Of a stretch of DNA of 64,000 nt, positions 27,801 to 39,993 are shown one piece after another; the first letter of the stretch is position 1; each line of letters starts with the position of its first letter. The DNA is taken from NCBI RefSeq assembly GCF_009914755.1, contig NC_060926.1. One strand, written 5' to 3'. The translations under genes and the position numbers were made by a program. The notes beneath the pieces are model-generated. The model had not been told where the DNA came from and ran no database searches. It worked only from the letters and a program-made list of their open reading frames with translations. This DNA is from the human T2T-CHM13v2.0 reference genome, Homo sapiens.

Positions 27801-28660
27801 TGTGTCTATTGTGAATGGGATTGTGTTTTTGATTTGGCTCTCAGCTTGGACATTGCTGGTGTATAGAAATGCTACTAATTTTCATACATTGATTTAGTAT
27901 CATGAAACTTTGCTGAAACCAGTTGTTAGTCACATCTAGGAGGTTTTGGGCAGAGACTATGAGGTTTTCTAGGTGTAAAATTATATTTTCTGCAAACAGA
28001 TAATTTGATTTCTTCCTTTCTATTTGGGTGCCTTTTATTTCTTTCTACTGACTGACTGTTCTGTTGTTTGTGTCCTTTGCCCACTTTCTAATGGGGTTGC
28101 TTGTTTTTGCTTGATATTTTATTTAAGTTTCTTATAGATTAAGAACATTGTACTATGTTGAATAGGAGTGGTGTGAGTAGACATCCTTGTCTTGTTCCTG
28201 TTCTCAAGTAAAATGCTTCCAGCTTTTGCCTGTTCAGTATGAAGTTGGCTGTGGGTTTGTCATAGATGGCTCTTATTATTTTGAGGTATGTTCCATCAAT
28301 GCCTAGTTTGTTAAAGGTTTTTAACATGAAGGGATGTTGAATTTTGTTGAAAGCTTTTCTGTATCTATTGAGATGATCACATAATTTTTTTTGTCGTTGT
28401 TTGTGTGATGAATCACATTTATTGATTTATGTACATTAAACCAACCTCGCATCCCAGGGATAAAGCCTGTGCTTGATCATGGTGGATTAGCTTTTTGATG
28501 TGTTGCTGGATTTGGTTTGCTAGTAGTTTATTGAGGATTTTTGCATCTATGTTCATGAAGGATATTGGTCTGAAGTTTTCTTTTCTTTGCTTTGCTTTCT
28601 TTTCTTTTTCTTTCTTTTTTTTTTTTTTGTGTGTGTCTCTGCCAGGTTTTGGTATCAGGA

Positions 28661-29090
28661 TGTGATGGTTAAAATTAGGTGTCAACTTGATTGGATTGAC
28701 GGATGCCTAGATGGATGATAAAGGATGTTTCTGGATGTGTTTGTGAGTGTGTTGCCAGAGGAGACTGACATTTGAGTCAGTGGACTGGGAGAGGAAGATT
28801 CACTCTCAATGTAGGCGGGTACTATCCAATTGCTGCCAGTGCAGTGAGAACAAAGCAGGCTGAAGAAGATGGGAGAAGGTGGGATACATTTGCTTGCTGA
28901 ATCTTCTGGCTTTTTTTTCTTCTCAAGTGGGATACTTGCTTCTGCTCCTCTTGCCCTTGGATATCAGACTTTGGTCTCTGGGACTTACATAAGTGGATTC
29001 CCAGGAGCTCTGTGGCTTTGGTAGCAGACTGAAGGCTGCACTATCAGCTTCCCTGGTTTTGAGGCTTTCAGACTTGGACTGAGTCACTGG
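28661..29090 (+). mobile_element. MLT2B-like ERVL LTR lacking its 3' end
   Basis: TGTGATGGTTAAAATTAGGTGTCAACTTGATTGGATTG..CATTTGAGTCAGTGGACTGGGAGAGG; colinear with the MLT2 at 4609-5144 until GACTTGGACTGAG. Confidence 0.88.
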
Positions 29091-29983
29091 CAGCTTGAAC
29101 CCTGTACCTGGAAAAGTCACAAGCACTCAATAACCTGTGATTGCAGTCTCAGGGGCTGACCCTTGCAAAGCCACAAGGGCAGAGCTGTCCAAGGCCTTGG
29201 GAGCCCATCCCCTGCACTAGTGTGCCTTGGCTGTGGGATGTGGAATCAAAAGAGATTATTTTGGAGCTTTAAGGCATAATGACTGTCCTGCTGGGTTTCA
29301 AACTTGCATGGGGCCTGTATCCCCTTTCTTTCGGCTGATCCATCCCTTTTGAAATGAGAATGTTTACCCAATGCTTGTACCCTCATTATATCTTGGAAGT
29401 AAATAACTTGTTTTGATTTTACAGGCTGATAGGTGGAAGGAGATGAGTCTCAGATGAGACTTTGGACTTGAACTTGGGACTTTTGAGTGATTGCTGGAAT
29501 TTGACTTTGAGAGACTGTTGGGAAGGCATGCTTGTATTATGAAGTGTGAGAAAGATGTGAGATTTGTGAGGGGCCAGGGTTGGAATCATAGTTTGAATAT
29601 TTGTCCCCGCCCAAATCTCACATTGAATTGTAATCCTCAGTATCAAAGATGGGGCCCAGTGGGAGGTGATTGGATCTTGGAGGTGGTTTCTCATGAATGG
29701 TTTAGCACCATCACCTTGGTGCTATCCTCACAATTGTGAGTGAGTGTTCAAGGAATGTGTCTGTTTAAAAGTGTGTGGGATGCCTGCTCGTGCTCCCATT
29801 ATTGCCATGTGTCTGCTCCCTCTTTGCCTTCTGCCATGATTGAAAGCTTCCGGAGGCCTCCCCAGAAACAGATGCTGCTAGGCTTTCTGTACAGTTTGCA
29901 GAACCATGAGCCAATTCAACCTCTTCTTATAAACTACCTACTATCAGGATTTCTTAATAGCAGTGCAAGAATGGCCTAACACA
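29091..29983 (+). mobile_element. MST (MaLR) internal 3' part plus MST LTR (LTR about 29586-29983)
   Basis: MaLR-int motifs CCTTGCAAAGCCACAAGGGCAGAGCTGTCCAAGGCC and AGATGAGACTTTGGACT; PPT GGGGCCAGGG; LTR ATAGTTTGAATATTTGTCCCCGCCCAAATCTCA..GAATGGCCTAACACA. Confidence 0.88.
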
Positions 29984-30289
29984 TGGGATAATGCCTGCCT
30001 CACAGAATGTTAGGGATGAATCCCTCCTCCTTAATTTTTTCAAATAGTTTCAGTAAGAATGGTACCAGCTCTTTTTATATGTCTGGTAGAATTCAGCTGT
30101 GAATCTTTCTGGTCCAGGGCTTTTCCTGGTTGGTAGGCTTTTATTGTTGATTCAATTTCAGAATATTTTATTGGTCTGTTCAAGGTTTCAATTTCTTCCC
30201 GGTTCAATCTTGGGAGATTGTATGTTTCCAGGAATTTATCCATTTCTTTTAGGTTTTCTAGTTTGTGTGCATAGAGGTGTTTGTAATCT

Positions 30290-31972
30290 CTCACTTTAAG
30301 TCAAAAGCTAGAAACAATTAAGCTTAGTGAGGAAGGCTTGTTGAAAGCTGAGATAGGCCAAAAACTAGGCCGTTTGTGCCAAACAGTTAAGCAAGTTGTG
30401 AATGCAAAGGAAAAGTTCTTGAAAGAAATTAAAAATGCTACTCTAGCGAACACACAAATGATAAGAAAGCCAAACAATCTTATTGCTGATATGGAGAAAG
30501 TTTTAGCAGTCTGGATAGAAGATCAAACCAGCCACAACATTCCCTTAAGCCAAAGCCTAATCCAGAGCAAGGTCCTAACTGTCTTCAATTCTGTGAAGGC
30601 TGAGAGAGATAAGGAAGATGCAGAATAAATGATTAAAGCTAGTAGAAGTTAGTGCATGATGTTTAAGGAAAAAAGCCATATTCATGACATAAAAGTGCAA
30701 GGTGAAGTAGCAAGTGCTGGCGTAAAAGCCACAGCAAGTTATCCAAATCTAGCTAAGATAACTGATGAGGGGGGTGCTACACTGATTGATAGATTTTTCA
30801 AGGTGGATGAAACAGCCTTCTATTGGAAAAAAAGATGCCTTCTAGGACTTTCATAGCTAGAGGAGAAGTCAATATCTGGCTTCAATGCTTCAAAAGATAG
30901 GTTGACTATCTTGTTAGGGGCTAATGTAGCTGGTGACTTTAAGTGGAGGTCAATGCTCATTTACCATTTCTCAAATCATAGTATCCTTAAGAATTATGCT
31001 AAATCTACTCTGTCTGTGCTCTATAAATGAAAGAAAATAGCCTGTATAACAACACATCATTTATAGCATGGTTTACTGAATATTTTAAGCACACTTTTGA
31101 AAAGCACTGCTCAGAAAAAAAGATTCCTTTTAAAATACTACTGCTCATCAACAATGTAGCTTGTCACTTAAGAGCTCTGAGGAAGACGTACAAGAAGATT
31201 AATGTTTTTGTGCCTACTAAACACAATATCCATTCTGTATCCAATGGATCCAGGAATAATTTCACCTTTCGAATCTTATTATTTAAAAAAAAAATCTTGT
31301 AAGACTACAGCTGCCATAGATAATGATTCCTCTGACAGATCTGAATGAAGTAAATTGAAAACCCCTGGAAAGGAGTCACCATTCTAGATGCCCTTAAACA
31401 CATTCATGGTTCATGGGAGGAGGTCAAAATATCAACATTAATAGGAATCTGGAAGAAGTTGATTCCAATCCTAATGGATGACTTTGAGTGGTTCAAGACT
31501 TCAGTGGAGGAAGTAACTAGAAGTGTTGGGAATCATGAGAAAACCAGAATTAGAAAAATGTGTTCAATCTCATGATAAAACTTGAATGTATGAGGAGTTG
31601 CCTCTTATGAAGAGGCAAAGAAAGTGGTTTCTTAAGATGAAATCTACTCCTGGTAAAGCTGCTGTGACCATTGTTGAAATGACAATAAAGAATTTATAAT
31701 ATTTTATAAATTTAGTTGATAAAGCAGTGGCAGAGTTTGATAGGATTGACTCCAATGTTGAAAGATGTTCTACTGTGGGTAAAATGATATCAAACAGCAT
31801 CACATACTACAGAGAAATCTTTCATGAAAGGAAGAGTCCATCAACGTGGCAAATGTCATTGTCTCATTTTGAGAAATTGCCACAGCCACCCCAGCCTTCA
31901 GCAACCACCACCCTGCTCAGTCAGCAGCCATCAACATCAAGGCAAGACCCTCCACCAGCAAAAAGATTATAA
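30290..31972 (+). pseudogene. Disrupted Tigger1 transposase (CENP-B-like HTH plus DDE domain)
   Basis: ORFs 30338-30628, 30656-30856, 31027-31302 and 31727-31972 are separated by stops and frameshifts. Confidence 0.85.
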
Positions 31973-32020
31973 AACTTGCTGATGGTTCAGATGACTGTTA
32001 ACATTTTTTAGCAATAAAGT

Positions 32021-32022
32021 TT

Positions 32023-32053
<31 letters not shown>

Positions 32054-32328
32054 TTGAGACAGAGTCTTTCTCTGAAGTGCAGTGGCATAATCCTGGCTCA
32101 CTGCAACCTCCAACTCCCAGGTTCAAGCAATTCTCATGCCTCAGTCTCCTGAGTAGCTGGGATTACAGGCACCTGTCACCACGCAAAACTCATTTTTTTT
32201 GTATTTTTAGTAGAGTCAGGGTTTCATCCTATTGGCCAGGCTGGTCTTGAACTCCTGGCCTCAAGTGATCCGACCACCTGGGGCTCTGAAAGTACTGGGA
32301 TTACAGGCATGAGCCACCATATTTGGCC
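32021..32328 (-). mobile_element. Alu (AluJb/Sz-like) with (TTTA)n tail, inside Tigger1
   Basis: Dimer; TSD AATAAAGT / AATAAGGT. Confidence 0.9.
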
Positions 32329-33523
32329 AATAAGGTATTTTTAAATTAAGGTATATATATTATTTTTTAGACATAATGCTATTTCACACTTATTAGACTA
32401 CAGTATTGTGTAAACATAACTTTTATATGCACTGGGAAACCAAAATTTTTGTGTGACTCACTTTATTGCGATATTTGCTTTATTGCAATAGTCTGGAACT
32501 GAACCCACATCTCTGAGGTTTGTTCTTATTTACAGCCAACTGATTTTTGATAAAGGCACCAAAAACATACATTGGGGAATGGGCACCCTCTTCAATAAAG
32601 TATGCTGGGAAAACTAAATATCCATATGCAGAAGAATGAAATTAGACCCTTACTCTTCACCGTATAAACTCAACAATGAATTAAAGATTTAAATGTAAGA
32701 CCCAAAACTATAAAACTACTAGAAGAAAACATAGGAAAAGTACTTCAGAAGTTTGGTCTAGGCAAAGATTTTATGAGTAAGACTTCAAAAACAGGCAACA
32801 AAAACAAAAGTAGACAAATGAGACTCGATAAAACTAAAAAGCTTCTGCACAGCAAAGTAAACAATCAACAGAGTGAAGACACTACCTGTAGAATGGGAGA
32901 GAATATTTGCAAGCTATACATGCAATGAGGGACTAAGATCCGAAATATACAACCAACTCAACTCAACAGCAAAAATAATGATGTATAATCCCATTAAATA
33001 TGGGCAAAATATCTCAATAGACATTTCCCCAAAAAGACAGAAATAGCCAGAAATGGCCAAGTATATGAGCAAATGCTCAGCATCACTAATCATCAGGGAA
33101 ATGCAAATCAAAGCCACAATGATGTATGATCCCACCTAACTTAGAATGGCTATTATCAAAAAGAAAAAATAACAAGTGCTAGTGAGAAAGTGGAGAAAAG
33201 GAACTCATATACTGTTGCTGGCAATGTAAATTGGCATAGCCATTACGGAAAACAGTATAGAGGTTTTTCACTAAAAATAGAATGATCATGTGATCCAGCA
33301 ATCTCATTACTGATTATCTAAAGGAAAAGTCAGTATATTGAAGAGATATCTGCACCCATGTTTATTGTAGCACTATTCATGTTAGCCAAGATATGAATTA
33401 AACTAAATGTTTATTAACAGATTAATGACTAAAGAAAATATGGTATATATTCACAATGGAATACTATTCAGCCATAAAAAAGATAAAATCCTGTCATTTG
33501 TGGCAACGTGATTGAGCCTAAAG

Positions 33524-33877
33524 AAGCAGTCCCCAACCTTTTTGGCACCAGGGAATGGTTTTGTGGAAGACAGTTTTTCCAGTGGGGTTTGGGAATGAGT
33601 GGGGGACAGTTTTGAGATGAAACTGTCCCACCTCAGATCATCGGGTATTAGATTCTCACAAGGAGTGCACAGTTTAGATCTCTTGCATGCACAGATCACA
33701 ATAGGGTGCACACTCCTATGAGAATCTGAGGCCACCGCTGATCTGACAGGAGGTGGAGCTCAGGAGGTAACGCTCCTTTGCTTGCCGCTCACCTCCTGCT
33801 TGGCAGCCTGGTTCCTAAAAGGCCAGGGAGGCTACCAGTCCAAGGCCCAGGGGTGGCCCAGGGGTTGGGGACCCCTG
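33524..33877 (+). mobile_element. MER1B (hAT-Charlie) inserted in the L1MA
   Basis: CAGTCCCCAACCTTTTTGGCACCAGGG..GGGGTTGGGGACCCCTG termini; ~8-bp TSD GCCTAAAG / GCCTAGAG. Confidence 0.9.
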
Positions 33878-34384
33878 TGCCTAGAGAACATTATGTTAAA
33901 TGAAATAAGTCAGGCACAGAATGGTAAATACTGCATGTTCTCACGCATATGTCAGCGCTAAAAATGTCGAGGTCAAAGAAGTAGAGAGTAGAATTGTGGT
34001 TATTACAGGCTGGGAAGTGTAGTGAGGAGGAAAGGATACGAAGAGGTTTGTTAATGGATAAAAAAAATTATAGGGGAGAAAAGGATTAAGTTCTGGTGTA
34101 CAATAGCACTAATGGGTGAATATAGTTAATAATAATTTATTGTATACTTTCAAAAGGTTGAAGGGAGGATTTTGAATGTTCCCAACACAAAGAAATGATA
34201 AATGTTTGAGATGACAGATATACTAATTACTCTAATTTGATCGTTACACATTGTATACATGTAACAAAATATCATTCTGTACCCCATAAATATGTACAAT
34301 TATCGTGTGTCAACTAAAATGAAAATGAAAGAAAGATTTCCTGTGACAACAGGAAATTTAATATCTTTTTTATTTTGGAAAGAA

Positions 34385-34575
34385 CACTGATTGGGTAAAC
34401 GTGAGCCTGAATCCTAGACCTTCTATGTGAACTTGAGCAAATTATTTAAGATTTCTTTGCCTTATTCTCCTAAACTGTAATCATAATGATACTAATATCC
34501 TTATAATGACTGAATAAAGATTAAAATAGGTAACAAATGTTAATACTTGACATTTAATAAACACCCAATAAAGGG
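34385..34575 (+). mobile_element. MIR fragment
   Basis: CTGAATCCTAG..TATGTGAACTTGAGCAAATTATTTAA core. Confidence 0.55.
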
Positions 34576-37500
34576 TAGATACATAATTATTACAGATATC
34601 TTTATATGCATTGCTTTCTCACAATCTAACACGTTTGCACAGTCTTGTAAGGATGATTAAATTACATGATCTATATATGTTGAAATACAATGCCTACTAA
34701 ACACTCAATTAATTTTGGTTATTATTATTATAATGTGTTATGAGAGTTACATGTTACCCAGTGGCGTGCAATAAATAGTTCCATACAAAGGCTGACATTA
34801 TAGCTCTGGTCAGTGGACTCACAGTTCTGATGAAGCTTTACAATGCTCAGTGTCCATATTCTTAAGGTTTGGAGAGCTAGCCATCATGCAATTTTTCTAA
34901 AATCAGAGCTGATTTGATTATTTGCTTGTTTTTGTTTTTTGTTCAGTATAGTTTTCAGGGTACCTTGCTCAGCAAGGATGAATTTGCTAAAAGATTTTAG
35001 GAGGCTCCTATTTCACAGGAATATTCCCTGTATTAAGAGCTATTTTAGAAACATTCAAAATACTCCACAAACAAACAATGGAAAACAATCCTTTTAGAAG
35101 TTTCCACCACAGAATGACCAGATCTGTTATTTTGTCACTCATTTTACAACCACTACAAGACGTACTGAAAAGGTTCTTTTCCATTCTGTCTAGACACCTT
35201 TTCCTAGACAACATCCTGAAACATAAGAATAAGCACAAAAATGAACATATTACATCAAACGTACCACTGAGAAGAATGATAAGTTTAACAGTTTCCCACG
35301 TGGGAGGCATATTGACGGTAATTATCTCTCCTCCTACTTCACTCAGCTTTATGAACTCCTCTGTCGTGGCTGGGAGGGTCTGGTCATGCCTCACCACATA
35401 CTTGAAGCATGTTTTAATTGGCTGGAGGAATAGTGCAACTTGCAGGCAGAGGGAGTTAAAGGAAATTGGTGTTTTCTTGGGTGGGTAGGCTCTATGCTGT
35501 TCATTACTAGTACTCATGGGAAATTTATTCTCACAAGGTCCAAGTGAGTTATCAGCATGTTTCAAATAATGTTATCAATTAGCAAGATGTTTTCAATAGT
35601 ATGAAGCTTTTTCAAGGACATGTAACTACCCATGGGAAGTTATTTATTTCTTATGACAGGATTTTTTTTGTTGTTGTTTTTATTTCTGCATACAGATTAC
35701 AATTTTAAGTTAGCAGAACACCAGCTCACATGGAAACAGTCTCCTCCGTGAATTCTTTCTTTGGCTGACAGACATGAGATGTTAGCTGTCTAAGAAGACC
35801 TTCACACCAACACCTTCTTAGAAGATATTGTAAGATAACAATCCTTGAGTGGAACCTGAATTCTTTCTAAACACTGCATGTAGGAAAACAAGAGGCAGTT
35901 CACACAATCACTTAACACCTCTTCTTAAAAGTGAATCCTTGAAGGAGTGGTGTTCAAATATTTAAGTACATTAGATACTTTATACACGCCACATCCAAAA
36001 TGCTCAGTATTCCTAATACATTTCATTTTCTCCCAAGTTTTAATGGTTGATGCACAATCACATTAATTTCCTATTAATTTCTAGGAATATGTACACAGTA
36101 GCCTTAGGAGAAAGAAGATAACTATTACTTTACATTTTTAACTGTTTTGTTTTCATGTCCATGAGAGAAAAATTAAAGTAAGTTAAAAAATTAACTCAGA
36201 CACTCTATTTATTTTTAGGAAGACATACACCCCCCACAGGGAGACTTTTACATGTTGTAATAATGTTCACAAACAGCTACTCTTTAAGTGTAACACTATT
36301 CTAAGCCTCTTTTCCTCCATTTTATTTCATATACATTTATGCATCTGCATGCATATATAACCACATGTATTTATATTTAGTAGGTATAGTTTATTACACA
36401 TAAATCTAAATATCTATCATATACAGTAAATTAGAACCTAGCATGATACTAGCCATATATTAGAGATTCAATGAAAATGGTGGCTGTTTATATACAACGT
36501 ATTCATTAAAAAAACCCAAAACTGATTATATGTGTCTTTATTTGATTAAAATAATGATTAAAAAAATGTAACCAGGCTGGGTGGCACAGGTGTCATTCAT
36601 AACATTCACTGACATAATATGGTAAGGTTTTCCATGCATGCTATTTTCTGCTACCTCCTCACTGCCTTTAGGAGTTGAAATACAATATTAAATTGCTTAC
36701 TGCAGATACCACAACACCTCATAATTATGGCTCTATGGAAATAATTTTCTCTAAATAAACCTGGAAACATATTTTTAGGGTTGCATTTTCTTTTTAGACT
36801 GGCAAATGCTCCAGCTTATCTCATTGCTCTATTTTACCCAGTGGAATTTTGCCAGCGGTGGATCTGATTGCACTCACTGCCTGAATCAGGTTCTTATGAA
36901 GCATTTCGTCTTCGCTGAAAATGCAAAATTCATAAATTAAGTTGAAAGTTACTGATGGACAGCCTTAGTGAATTACGTTTCCCATCAGCTAGCTGTCTTG
37001 AATCCGATTCCAGCATAGGAAGAATCACATCTACCGATTCTACACCTGGAATCTGAAAGAGCGGATTCCTCAGCTTTTCCCAAAGAAAGAAATACAACAC
37101 CACACTTGAAAAGAAAGATGGCATTTCCTTAGGAAATTATATTTGTAGTACTCTATATCTGATCATCTTAAAATCAGATGGAAAACATTTTACTTTCTGT
37201 TTTTTTCCCTAGGCAGGTAAAATCTCTAGGTCATTTTTTTGAGTCATCAATGTCTCTCATACAGAAAACTCAATTGTTGATTTGCTTGCCAAACAAACAA
37301 ACAAAGTATAAAATAATTAACAGTGGTCTTGCAATTAAATAGTAATTTAGCCTCAGCTTTAATGTTTCAATTAAAACTTAATAAGCATGCACGAGATGTA
37401 TTTGCAGTGTATGCTGAGTAGTGATAAAAAACACTTGTTTTGCCCACTTTTGCAAACTGGTAGATAGAACATATTTGTTTACTTGTAACATGATAATTCC

Positions 37501-37878
37501 TCGAGGTGTGAACACTGGGGTATGGAAGAGGTGAAGAGACAAACATTATAACAGGTATTCTGCAGAAGTGTCAAGAGATGCAGAATGTTGCAACACAAAC
37601 AAAAGATGGTGAATTGAAAATGATCTGTCCAGGGGTTGAACTAAAATTCTAAGAATGGCAAATAATAACATTATGTTGCTTGATTCATGCATCTTTAGAA
37701 AAATTCAAGATGGCTTCAAGATGGTATGTTAAATTGTAATTTTTAAACAGATATTAATTCATTATTAATGACTAGTATATATTAGGAAAAAACAGGAAAC
37801 AATGTATTTGTCCTATTATATAAAGTAAAAATAATAATTATATTCCATTTCCTTAATTTAAAACATCATTTTTTTTAA

Positions 37879-38220
<342 letters not shown>

Positions 38221-38524
38221 TGAAAAGTGATTATTTTCCTCAATAATTGCTCAAATTTTATTTAATTTTCCTCTCATCTTTTGATGTACATAAAACACTT
38301 AATTTTGAAAAGAACATAAGCTTAAGAAAAAGGACACAATCTTACTATGAAATAAGTATATGTCAAAGAGAAAAATGATGGCTCAGTATGTCAGTGAAGT
38401 ATCTGATTTAGAAAGAAAATGCCACTATTTTCTTCTATGAATTCAGTCTTTAGCCAACATTTTTGAAAAAAATCTAAGTCTTCAAATTAAAAAAAATCCA
38501 TACAATTGAGTTGAGCAAAGTCTT

Positions 38525-39993
<1,469 letters not shown>

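Larger units (their letters stand above)
26040..30286 (-). mobile_element. 5'-truncated L1PA15/16-like element inserted in Tigger1 and interrupted by an LTR chimera
   Basis: Minus-strand ORF2 fragments 27420-27710, 28139-28327, 28419-28685 and 30040-30294; TSD TGTATCACTTT / TCTCTCACTTT followed by AA (L1 endonuclease-type site). Confidence 0.88.
25582..32526 (+). mobile_element. Tigger1 (TcMar) DNA transposon, essentially full length, split by an L1PA and an Alu; pieces 25582-26039, 30287-32020 and 32329-32526
   Basis: TIR-like ends AAAGCATACCTC.. and ..GAGGTTTGTTCT flanked by TA; ORF fragments are Tigger1 transposase ([41 protein letters not shown]; VDETAFYWKK). Confidence 0.92.
24142..34331 (+). 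mobile_element. L1MA-type LINE-1 (ORF2 to 3'UTR), host of a nested insertion complex; L1 pieces at about 24142-25581, 32527-33523 and 33878-34331
   Basis: ORF2 is continuous across the inserts (AATCCACATA|TTTACAGCCAACTG); L1MA 3'UTR; outer TSD AAAGATTCCCTTTGA (24127-24141) / AAAGATTTCCTGTGA (34332-34346). Confidence 0.88.

Noticed and set aside
30290-31972. Domesticated Tigger-derived gene (TIGD1-like)
   Set aside because: The reading frame is broken many times and an L1 is inserted at its 5' end
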